DNA of 64,000 nucleotides, from sequence record DRR378314_1512; one strand, 5' to 3'. Made by a program: the position numbers and the translations under genes. The notes under the pieces were generated by a model. The model worked only from the letters and a program-made list of their open reading frames with translations, ran no database searches and was not told the DNA's origin. Shown here piece by piece: positions 40,772 to 49,215 of the stretch (positions within the stretch are counted from its first letter, which is position 1; the number at the start of each line of letters is the position of its first letter).

Positions 40772-41614
40772 ATGACCGATCTGGGCATAACTCGGGGAAA
40801 GGGACAGCCGTTGCCGAAACCGCCTTTTTACAAGCGGTTTTTTGACTCAACATTGGTTTCGATCGCGATTTACGCGGTTGTTATCGGACTGATTGCCTAT
40901 GGGTCGTATGCTGGCGCGCAGGGCATGGGATATAACTGGCAGTGGTACCGGGTTCCGCAATTCCTTTACCGCAATACCGAGATCGGGTTCGAATGGGGCG
41001 AAATTCCCATCGGGCTGGTCGCCACGATCAAGTTATCCGTCACTTCGTTCCTGCTGGCCACTGCCATCGGGTTGCTGGTCGCATTGTTGCGGCTGTCGGG
41101 ATTGGTGATTGGGTCCGCTGTCGCCGTTGCATTCCTTGAACTGATCCGAAACATCCCCCTGCTGGTTCTGCTCTATCTGTTCTATTATGTGCTGGGCCCG
41201 ATCTTCAGTTTTGATAGATATTCCGCCAGTATTCTGACGCTGGCGATTTTTCACTCGGCCCTGATATCCGAGATTCTGCGGGCTGGAATCAATGCGATTC
41301 CGACCGGTCAATGGGAGGCGGCCAAATCCATCGGGATGACCCCCTATCAGACCTACAAGTATATTATCCTACCTCAATCTGTTCGTTTTATGCTGCCACC
41401 CATGACAGGTGAGGTGGTTCACCTGATCAAGTCTTCGGCAATCGTCAGCGTCATTGCTGTGGCTGAGCTTACCACCTTTGGGCGCAACATCATTTCGGAC
41501 ACCTACATGAGTTTTGAAATCTGGTTCACCATCGCATTGGTCTATCTGGTGGTGACCCTGATCCTGTCGATCGGCGTAAGTCATCTGGAGAAGAAATATG
41601 CTGTCGACCAATAA
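40772..41614 (+). CDS. Polar amino acid ABC transporter permease
   Basis: ELIRNIPLLV, SEILRAGI, GQWEAA, LIKSS. Confidence 0.93.
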   Translation: MTDLGITRGKGQPLPKPPFYKRFFDSTLVSIAIYAVVIGLIAYGSYAGAQGMGYNWQWYRVPQFLYRNTEIGFEWGEIPIGLVATIKLSVTSFLLATAIGLLVALLRLSGLVIGSAVAVAFLELIRNIPLLVLLYLFYYVLGPIFSFDRYSASILTLAIFHSALISEILRAGINAIPTGQWEAAKSIGMTPYQTYKYIILPQSVRFMLPPMTGEVVHLIKSSAIVSVIAVAELTTFGRNIISDTYMSFEIWFTIALVYLVVTLILSIGVSHLEKKYAVDQ

Positions 41615-41650
41615 CCACAAGAAATTAACCGGACAACAAGGAGAACCAAG

Positions 41651-42484
41651 ATGAAGCTATCTCGCAGAATGCTCGGGGCAGCCCTGGGCGCGGTCGTGGC
41701 AACAGGCATGGCGACCTCAGGCTGGGCCCAAAGCGCGACCCAGGATCTGTCCCGCGAAAGTGTGATTGAAACGATCAAACAGGATGGAGTGATCCGGATT
41801 GGTCTGTCGCTGTTCGTGCCATGGTCGATGCGCGACAAGAACGGTGATCTGATCGGCTTCGAACTGGATGTCGGGCGCAAGCTGGCCGAAGACATGGGCG
41901 TCGAGGTCGAATTTGTTCCGACCGCTTGGGATGGGATCATCCCGGCGCTTGTATCCGGTAATTTCGATGTGATCATCTCGGGGATGTCGGTGACCGCGCA
42001 GCGAAACCTGACAATCAACTTCACTGATCCTTATGCCTTCTCGGGCCTAGCTATTCTGGCCAACAAAGAGCTGACAGCGGATATGTCGCGCGAGGATCTG
42101 AACTCATCAGATGTTACCTTTGCGGCGCGTCGGGGTGCGACACCGGCAACCGTGATTGCCAAGGCGTTCCCCGAAGCCAACCTGTTACTGTTTGATGAGG
42201 ACGGCGCGTCAACCCAGGAAGTTCTGAATGGCAACGCCCACGCCACCATGGCGTCGCAACCAACCCCGAACCGTGAGGCCGGACGCAATCCTGAAACGCT
42301 GATAGTGCTTGAAGGAGAGCTGTTCGATCCACGTGGTGAGGCGTTTGGAATGCGCAAAGGTGATCCGGACGCGATGAACTTTTTCAACAACTGGATTGCA
42401 CAGAACTGGCGCTCTGGTTGGCTGAAAGAGCGCCATGATTACTGGTTTGCAACCGAAGAGTGGGCAGACCAGGTCGCCCAATAA
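41651..42484 (+). CDS. Polar amino acid ABC transporter substrate-binding protein (family 3)
   Basis: Signal peptide; GFELDV, WDGIIPAL, DVIISGMSVTAQR. Confidence 0.93.
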   Translation: MKLSRRMLGAALGAVVATGMATSGWAQSATQDLSRESVIETIKQDGVIRIGLSLFVPWSMRDKNGDLIGFELDVGRKLAEDMGVEVEFVPTAWDGIIPALVSGNFDVIISGMSVTAQRNLTINFTDPYAFSGLAILANKELTADMSREDLNSSDVTFAARRGATPATVIAKAFPEANLLLFDEDGASTQEVLNGNAHATMASQPTPNREAGRNPETLIVLEGELFDPRGEAFGMRKGDPDAMNFFNNWIAQNWRSGWLKERHDYWFATEEWADQVAQ

Positions 42485-42492
42485 TCAAACCA

Positions 42493-42519
42493 ACCGGGGG
42501 CGGGCCCACTGCCCCCGGT
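42493..42519 (+). terminator. Stem-loop after the SBP gene
   Basis: ACCGGGGGC...GCCCCCGGT inverted repeat, no T-run (likely stabiliser). Confidence 0.45.
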
Positions 42520-42523
42520 CCTG

Positions 42524-43420
42524 ATGCGGAGCGCCTCGGTGCAGGAATTTCTCAAAAAACTCAGATGGCCTGATTATCTGATCGTCGCGGTTTTGATTAC
42601 CTTCTTCGGGTATATCTGGCTGTCGATCGAAGGTACGCTGAACTACAAGTGGCGTTGGGAACTGATCCCAGGCTATATCGTTGGCTGGCATTCCGGGCGC
42701 GAAGAGTATTTTGCCAACTTGTTGCTGCAAGGCTTGGCTGCAACGGTTCGTATCAGCATTTATTCCGGTATTTTGGCATTAATTCTCGGCACAATTCTGG
42801 GTGTTGCGCGCTGCTCGGCCAACCTGACGATCCGGATGCTGGCGCGTACATATCTGGAGTTTCTGCGCAATGTGCCTCCGGTTGTCGTCGTCTTCATTTT
42901 CTTCTTTTTCCTATCCCAACAACTGATCGACGCATTGAACCTTGAACGCTGGGCACGCGGCATTGCACGGCAGGAAGATAACCAGATCTGGACCTTCTTC
43001 TTTGGTGAAATGCGGCGCTTTCCTTCGTTGGTTTCAGGTGTCATCGTTTTGGCCCTGTTTGAAAGTGCCTTTGTAGGTGAAATTGTTCGCGCAGGAATTC
43101 AGTCCATCCCCAAGGGTCAGCGCGAGGCTGCGCGCTCGATCGGGATGAGTCGCCTTCAGGAAATGCGCTATGTGGTGCTACCGCAGGCGATGAAAAAGGT
43201 CGTGCCACCGTTGGCAAACCAGTTCATCTCATTGATCAAGGACAGCTCGATCCTGTCGCTGATCTCGGTGCAGGAGCTGACCTACAAAACCGTCGAACTG
43301 GTCGCCTCGTCCCGAATGATATTTGAGGCTTGGATCACAACTGCGGCATTCTACTTTATTGTCTGCTTCGGTCTCAGCCGCATCTTCGCGCGCCTTGAGA
43401 AACGATCCGACAAGCGTTAG
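42524..43420 (+). CDS. Polar amino acid ABC transporter permease
   Basis: EFLRNVPP, GEIVRAGI, GQREAA, LIKDSS. Confidence 0.93.
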   Translation: MRSASVQEFLKKLRWPDYLIVAVLITFFGYIWLSIEGTLNYKWRWELIPGYIVGWHSGREEYFANLLLQGLAATVRISIYSGILALILGTILGVARCSANLTIRMLARTYLEFLRNVPPVVVVFIFFFFLSQQLIDALNLERWARGIARQEDNQIWTFFFGEMRRFPSLVSGVIVLALFESAFVGEIVRAGIQSIPKGQREAARSIGMSRLQEMRYVVLPQAMKKVVPPLANQFISLIKDSSILSLISVQELTYKTVELVASSRMIFEAWITTAAFYFIVCFGLSRIFARLEKRSDKR

Positions 43421-43427
43421 GTTCAGG

Positions 43428-43748
43428 TCACATTCGGACCTGAACCATTCCGTCCTGAACCCGCGTTTCAAATACCCGCATTGCCCGGGTCGCCGGGGCT
43501 GAAACCGGCTTGCCGTCGCGGACATCGAACGCACCCTGATGCAACGGGCATTCGATCACGTGACCGTCGAAGTAGCCATCGCACAGATCAGCCCCACCAT
43601 GGTTGCACAATGCCAACGAGGCGTAGACACCACTGGGCGTATCGTACACGGCTATCAATCGCGGCCCGATTGCGACCCGCGTGACCCAGTTTTCTTCCAG
43701 CTTTGATACTTCAATCACATCGCGCCACGGTTTTTCGGCTTTCATCAC
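43428..43748 (-). CDS. Rieske-type ferredoxin (MocE-like)
   Basis: CNH...ECPLHQGAFDVRDG. Confidence 0.9.
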   Translation of the reverse strand: MMKAEKPWRDVIEVSKLEENWVTRVAIGPRLIAVYDTPSGVYASLALCNHGGADLCDGYFDGHVIECPLHQGAFDVRDGKPVSAPATRAMRVFETRVQDGMVQVRM

Positions 43749-44693
43749 TCAAGCCCTCGTATTGCGCTGCATGATTTGACGCAGAATGTCGCGATGCGCG
43801 GCAAGGTATCCGCCCTTTTCAACGAATATGTGGTCCTTCAGCTTCTCGTGCAGACGGGGCAAAGCGTGGAACGGAACCGAGGCGACATAGTGATGCTCGG
43901 CATGATAGTTCATGTTCCAGCACAAAAAGGACATCGGCTTTGAAACCAGATTGGTGCGCGTGTTCTCCGACATCTGTGCCACTGTGGGCCGTCCGACATG
44001 TTCTGTCATGCGAACAAAGCGCATCACCGGTTCACCCAGAAAAAGGGGTATGATCCAGTACCAGACCAACCCCCACCACCCGGTGATGGCCATGGCTAAA
44101 ATGATCGCGGCGTAAATGGCCAGCATGCGGCGCGCGTCCCAATAGGCCGATTGATGCTCTTCTTTAGGAATGAAGCGCAGCTCAGCTTCACTTAGGTTTC
44201 CAAAGGCATGCCGAAACAGCTCGGTAAACTTTCCACGCCAATAGGGTAGTGCAGACAGATAGAGAAGATATTCGCCAAGCGTTTTGGGCAAAGGGATCAG
44301 TTCGGGGTCTTCGCCGGTCAGTTGGGTGTAGGTGTGATGATCACAATGTTCGTAGCGAAAGAACCGGTGCGGCAGTATGATGATCAACCCGCAAATTTGT
44401 CCGACCAGATCGTTCAGCCAGCGGGTGCGAAACACCGTATAGTGGACGCACTCATGTTGTAGCGAGAAATGGTGTACTAGGACGACGCCTTGCAGAAACA
44501 TCGCGGGCCAAATCAGCCAGCTGTTCCAGGCAAGCGTGATCAGTGTTGTTGTGCAAGCTAGCACCAACACCCAAATCGCGAGGTGGCGCAACCCGGGCCC
44601 GTTCGAGCGTTGCATGAATCCTTTGAGGTCTTCGCGCGTCAGTTTTCCTTCGGCCAGAGCTTGAGTCAGCGGCGTGACGATAGCTTGTGACAT
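43749..44693 (-). CDS. Membrane di-iron oxygenase, fatty-acid-desaturase superfamily (MocD-like)
   Basis: His boxes QHECVH, EHCDHH, NYHAEHH; DPEL; RMTEH; start at ATG 44693. Confidence 0.88.
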   Translation of the reverse strand: MSQAIVTPLTQALAEGKLTREDLKGFMQRSNGPGLRHLAIWVLVLACTTTLITLAWNSWLIWPAMFLQGVVLVHHFSLQHECVHYTVFRTRWLNDLVGQICGLIIILPHRFFRYEHCDHHTYTQLTGEDPELIPLPKTLGEYLLYLSALPYWRGKFTELFRHAFGNLSEAELRFIPKEEHQSAYWDARRMLAIYAAIILAMAITGWWGLVWYWIIPLFLGEPVMRFVRMTEHVGRPTVAQMSENTRTNLVSKPMSFLCWNMNYHAEHHYVASVPFHALPRLHEKLKDHIFVEKGGYLAAHRDILRQIMQRNTRA

Positions 44694-44849
44694 GTGAGTT
44701 CCATGATTTTTGCCGGAGCGGGGGCATTGCCCTCTGCGCATGGTCCGGCACCGGAGACGGGAGTGCTCCGCACCATAGGGCCGACTCTAACAGGCCCTAT
44801 TAACAATAGATTATTTCGACAGACGATGATTCGATCAAGCGGTGATTGA

Positions 44850-45941
44850 TCAGCTTGCAGCTCTTAATCCGATGTCAGGGTCCGGGTATTCGAAAAGGCC
44901 GGCGGCGCAGGGGAATCTATTCAGAATAGATCGCCCATTGGGCAGTCGATCCGCATGAAAAACACCATTGTTCCAGTAGGTCACCCCGTCGACCTCGATT
45001 GTCGGATCGATGACGTTCCAGCTGATTTCACCGGGCGCATAAGCGCCGCAGGTGTGAAAGTGCAAAATGCGTGGATTGCCGAAAGCAGACCCGCCCCAGC
45101 GTTCATAGTTGTCACGCATATCCCAGGGATAGCCGCAACCCGGATGGATGCCTGCATGCCAGGAGTGTACGAAATTGCGATCAATACCCAACTGACGGGC
45201 GACCCGGTCATAATGTGCCTCGGCCTTCGCGGCGTTTGCAGGATCTCCATCGAAGCGAAGCAACCGCCCGTTTTCCATTATGGCAAACACAGGGCGGTCA
45301 AATTCAATCGTGTAGTCGTCGTAGTATTTCGAACCTGTTCCAGTCAAAAAGCTGACAGCCACCCGACCGGAAAAACTGTATGCTGGAACTGGTGTGAAGA
45401 CGGACATTGGAAATCGCAGGATTGAGGTGTCACCTGACGGTTGCAGGTCCATCATCGGTCGGCCGCGCACATCGGTTCCCAACGGGCAGGTAAGGCGTAC
45501 TTCATCCGATGCATCCAGCAGCGCGTTGATATCGGCCTTAAGCTCCATGAACGCGTCGTGATGCCCATTGGAAAAACCCGAGCCCAGCATATCTTTGGAT
45601 AAGGCAAAACTGACGATGATCTTCTTGCCTTGGGGCATGTCTGAAAACCGCAACTGATCCCCTAGCCTGGCGAGGAATAGAATTATGTCAGCTTCTTCGA
45701 AGCGTGCAAGAAGTTCAGGTGCCAAATGCGGATTGTCAGGGTTGAAACCTACATCGACCGTATCGACAACCAATCCAAGTTTATGGGCGGCGCGGCTGAC
45801 GACGTCTACGCTGTCGGCATCGAAATATCCAAACTCTGGTGGTTCATAGGCAATCAGCAGCTTGTCACCCGCAGTTGCGCAGGCGCAGTTGATCAATAGA
45901 TTTTGAGCGCCCCGCTCTGGCGTCATATCAGACATCGACAC
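44850..45941 (-). CDS. Hypothetical protein, probable peptidase M29/NicX-like metalloenzyme fold
   Basis: N-terminal AQNLLINCA..AGDKLLI; C-terminal HSWHAGIHP, GNPRILHFHTCG, DPTIEVDG..WNNG parallel the M29-fold layout. Confidence 0.55.
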   Translation of the reverse strand: MSMSDMTPERGAQNLLINCACATAGDKLLIAYEPPEFGYFDADSVDVVSRAAHKLGLVVDTVDVGFNPDNPHLAPELLARFEEADIILFLARLGDQLRFSDMPQGKKIIVSFALSKDMLGSGFSNGHHDAFMELKADINALLDASDEVRLTCPLGTDVRGRPMMDLQPSGDTSILRFPMSVFTPVPAYSFSGRVAVSFLTGTGSKYYDDYTIEFDRPVFAIMENGRLLRFDGDPANAAKAEAHYDRVARQLGIDRNFVHSWHAGIHPGCGYPWDMRDNYERWGGSAFGNPRILHFHTCGAYAPGEISWNVIDPTIEVDGVTYWNNGVFHADRLPNGRSILNRFPCAAGLFEYPDPDIGLRAAS

Positions 45942-46015
45942 TTCCTGATTGCTTAGTGCTTCAAATGTAAGGCCGAGCGCTGCAACTAATCTATTTGAAA
46001 GTGATAATGGCTCAC

Positions 46016-46030
46016 ATTAGAGTGACTAAT
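46016..46030. promoter_or_regulatory. LysR box (GcvA-type)
   Basis: Perfect ATTAG-N5-CTAAT directly before the LysR ATG. Confidence 0.6.
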
Positions 46031-46960
46031 ATGATCCTGAACCTGCCCTATTCCGCATTGCGCGCCTTTGAGGCCGTCGTACGCCATTCCGGCTTTTCCC
46101 CCGCTGCTGATGAGTTGGGGGTCAGTCAAAGTGCGGTCAGTCAGCATGTAAGGGCGCTGGAAGAGTGGTTGGGCAGGGACCTGTTGGTGCGCGGTGCGCG
46201 GCAGTCGCGACCAACCCGAGAAGGCGAGCAGTTGGCGTTGGCAATTGCAGAGGGTCTGGGCCGTATATCGGATGTGTGTGCTCAACTACGCGACCGAACG
46301 CGTTCGGATCGGACGATTGTGATCTCATGCCTGCCGGGGTTCGCCTTTAACTGGTTGTTTCCACGGCTATTGCACTTTGATATAGCGCATCCTGATCTTT
46401 CCATCTCGATTGCCACGGATACTGGTTATTCTCCCTTTTCCGGCGCAGATTCTGATATCGGCATCCGCTATGGGCTAGGAGAATATCCGGGATTGGAAGT
46501 CGATTTGCTGATGCGAGAAAGGCTGTTTCCCGTTTGCGCCCCCGCACTTGCACCCAAGTTGACCAGCATTGCGGAGTTGACGCAGCATACATTGCTTGTT
46601 GATGAAAACCTCCACCATGGTGCATCCAGCCCCACATGGGAATTCTGGGCGCGGGAGACGGGCTTAACCATGCCCTCGCCATTGCGCACGCGTCGTTTGG
46701 GGCAATCGAATATGGTGATACAGGCAGCTGTTGAGGGGTTGGGTGTCGCATTGGGGCGCGAGCCGTTGGTGATTGACGCCTTGTGTGATGGGCGACTGGT
46801 TCGCCCGTTTGCAGAGCTGACCTCTTCGCCTCTGTCCTACTGGCTTGTCCGACGCCCTGAAACCAAGGATAGTCAAAAGGTTAGCGAGTTTTTGAACTGG
46901 ATAAAGGCAGAAGCCGCATCGCAACCTGACTTGCCGCCACTTGGGCTATATTCAAATTAG
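46031..46960 (+). CDS. LysR family regulator (GcvA-like)
   Basis: LPYSALRAFEAVVRHSGFSPAADELGVSQSAVSQHVRALE. Confidence 0.93.
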   Translation: MILNLPYSALRAFEAVVRHSGFSPAADELGVSQSAVSQHVRALEEWLGRDLLVRGARQSRPTREGEQLALAIAEGLGRISDVCAQLRDRTRSDRTIVISCLPGFAFNWLFPRLLHFDIAHPDLSISIATDTGYSPFSGADSDIGIRYGLGEYPGLEVDLLMRERLFPVCAPALAPKLTSIAELTQHTLLVDENLHHGASSPTWEFWARETGLTMPSPLRTRRLGQSNMVIQAAVEGLGVALGREPLVIDALCDGRLVRPFAELTSSPLSYWLVRRPETKDSQKVSEFLNWIKAEAASQPDLPPLGLYSN

Positions 46961-46970
46961 CCCTCCTTAT
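46956..46970. promoter_or_regulatory. Second copy of the LysR box upstream of the Rieske oxygenase
   Basis: ATTAG-N5-CTTAT overlapping the LysR stop codon. Confidence 0.45.
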
Positions 46971-47055
46971 ATTTAATATTACAATTCCGGCATGGCGTAT
47001 TGGACATGCGCTGCCATAATGCCCCCAGCCACCTGATTGATAAGGAGAGCAACCC

Positions 47056-48105
47056 ATGTACCTCAGGAATTGTTGGTATGTCGCCGCATGGAGCAAAGAT
47101 ATTGGCCGTGAGTTGCGCGCCGAAACTTTTCTGGGTGAAAATGTCGTACTTTACCGTCAGCAAGATGGCACACCCGTTGCGTTGGAAGATGCCTGCCCAC
47201 ACCGCAAACTGCCGTTGTCCAAAGGGAACCTGATCGGGGACACTGTCGAGTGTGGGTATCACGGATTGACCTTTGATTGCTCAGGGCAATGCACGGACAG
47301 CCCAACACAGCGTGGAATGACGCCACGCCGTGCGGTCGTGAAGTCCTATCCTGTCGTTGATCGATATCGCTTTCTTTGGATTTGGATGGGTGATCCCGCA
47401 CTGGCCGATCCAGATCTGATTTTCCCGATCGAGAACTTTGATAACTCCAGTTGGGGCATGACTGACGGCGGGGTGATGGATATTGAGTGTCACTATCTTT
47501 GGGTTTGCGACAACTTGCTCGACCCCAGCCACGTGGCCTGGGTTCACGTATCTTCGTTTGCGGGGGCAGGGACCGATGAAGAGCCACTGAATGTTGAAAA
47601 GACGGACCGTGGCGTCGTCGTTTCACGCTGGATCGAGAACAAGCCACCATCGCCCTATTATGCCAAGCTCGTCTCGTTCGAAGGCGATTGTGATCGCTTG
47701 CAGCACTACGAGATGTGCTTGCCCGCAATTGGGCTGAACAAATCCATCTATACGCCAGTTGGCACCGGTGGTTATGACAAAGATCCGGTCGATGAGACCT
47801 TCATCAATATTTCATACAATTTCATGACCCCGATCAACGAGGATCAGACCAGGTATTTCTGGTTCCAACATCGCAACTCTTACCCCGGCAACGCGGAGGT
47901 GTCGAAGTTCATGAATGACGGTGCCCGGATGGCATTTCTTGAGGACAAAGAAGTGTTGGAAGAAGTGCACAAGGGCATGAAACATGCTCAGACACCGCAT
48001 ATCGATCTGGGTCTGGATGCAGGGGCCAAAATATATAGGCGCGTGTTGGATCGGGCGATCGAGGCCGAGGCCACGGTGCCGGAAGACGCTGTGCGGCAAG
48101 CTTGA
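47056..48105 (+). CDS. Rieske non-heme iron oxygenase, VanA/demethylase-like alpha subunit
   Basis: CPH-X-CGYHG Rieske motif; DNLLDPSHVAWVH; FLED. Confidence 0.9.
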   Translation: MYLRNCWYVAAWSKDIGRELRAETFLGENVVLYRQQDGTPVALEDACPHRKLPLSKGNLIGDTVECGYHGLTFDCSGQCTDSPTQRGMTPRRAVVKSYPVVDRYRFLWIWMGDPALADPDLIFPIENFDNSSWGMTDGGVMDIECHYLWVCDNLLDPSHVAWVHVSSFAGAGTDEEPLNVEKTDRGVVVSRWIENKPPSPYYAKLVSFEGDCDRLQHYEMCLPAIGLNKSIYTPVGTGGYDKDPVDETFINISYNFMTPINEDQTRYFWFQHRNSYPGNAEVSKFMNDGARMAFLEDKEVLEEVHKGMKHAQTPHIDLGLDAGAKIYRRVLDRAIEAEATVPEDAVRQA

Positions 48106-48113
48106 ACTTCGAA

Positions 48114-48136
48114 GGGGGCCGGGTGACCCGGCCCCG
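48114..48136. terminator. Hairpin between the convergent Rieske and PhyH genes
   Basis: GGGGCCGGG-tga-CCCGGCCCC. Confidence 0.6.
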
Positions 48137-48140
48137 TCTC

Positions 48141-48929
48141 TTAGGCAGTTTCGTAGATGACCGGAAACCGGCCCCCGGCAAATGGTGCGCCGGGTTTCAG
48201 GCTATCATCGTGCAGCCATTCGGTAACCGAATCCCGCGGCTCGTAGGTCGCGCCATTCACAGCAAAGCGTATGGCATATCCGCGCCGACGGCGTGTTGAG
48301 GTTCGGTTCCCCATCGCCGAATGCACGGTCATCCCATCAAAGGCAAGCGCGTCTCCCGGCTTCATGTCTTCAAAGTGAAAGATGTCATATTGGGCGCGGT
48401 CGGCTTCGAAATCCGGCATGTCTATGTAATTTGGGTTGTCCTGTTCCAGATAGTGCAGGAACCCGCCCTTCTGATCGGTTTTGAAGGGCCGGTATTTTGC
48501 GCCCCATGCATGTGATCCGCGTACGAATTCCAGCGCCCCATTATCGGGATCCACTGGATCGAGCGCGATCCACATGGTCATAATAGGGCCGGACACAGGC
48601 CAATATGGTTGATCTGTGTGCCACCCGGTTTGGGTCTGCGTTCCCGGCTCTTTCACGAAAATCTGATCGTAGATCAACGACGTCCACGGGCTGCCTGCAA
48701 CTTCGGCCACTCGTTGCCCGATATCCGATGTCAGGCAGTAATCCTGAAATGTACCGGGATTTTCACGCATGTTCTTATACGCAAAATATCGGTCACCCTT
48801 CGCGACTTCGGCGTCAACCGCGTCTCGTAACTTGGTCAACCATTCGTCGGACACGATGTTCTTCAACAACACGACCCCGTCGCGCGCATATGCCTTCTGA
48901 ATGTCCGTTAATTCTTTTGGTTGGGTCAT
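48141..48929 (-). CDS. PhyH-family Fe(II)/2-oxoglutarate dioxygenase
   Basis: FVKEPG, WHTDQPYWP (HxD), WIALD, GSHAW, HSAMGN...RR. Confidence 0.9.
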   Translation of the reverse strand: MTQPKELTDIQKAYARDGVVLLKNIVSDEWLTKLRDAVDAEVAKGDRYFAYKNMRENPGTFQDYCLTSDIGQRVAEVAGSPWTSLIYDQIFVKEPGTQTQTGWHTDQPYWPVSGPIMTMWIALDPVDPDNGALEFVRGSHAWGAKYRPFKTDQKGGFLHYLEQDNPNYIDMPDFEADRAQYDIFHFEDMKPGDALAFDGMTVHSAMGNRTSTRRRRGYAIRFAVNGATYEPRDSVTEWLHDDSLKPGAPFAGGRFPVIYETA

Positions 48930-49215
48930 TATATCCATCCACTTTGTGTCCACGCCGTTTCCGGGTGGGATTGTTAACTGGCGCATAGCGCCGTGATCGG
49001 TGTGGAGTCAGGAGGATGGAGAGCTGCGGCAGTTGATAATGAAGCAAGGCCACCGGGACCGGGCCGACCATTTGCCAGCCATGTTCCGATGAAACTGTTC
49101 AATACGCAGCCGCATACTCTCTTATAAATCAATTTGGATGATCCTCCAAGAGCGTTGCGCATTAGTAAAGAAATTAATTGACGATACATTTCTTTTGATG
49201 AATGCTATGGCTACT

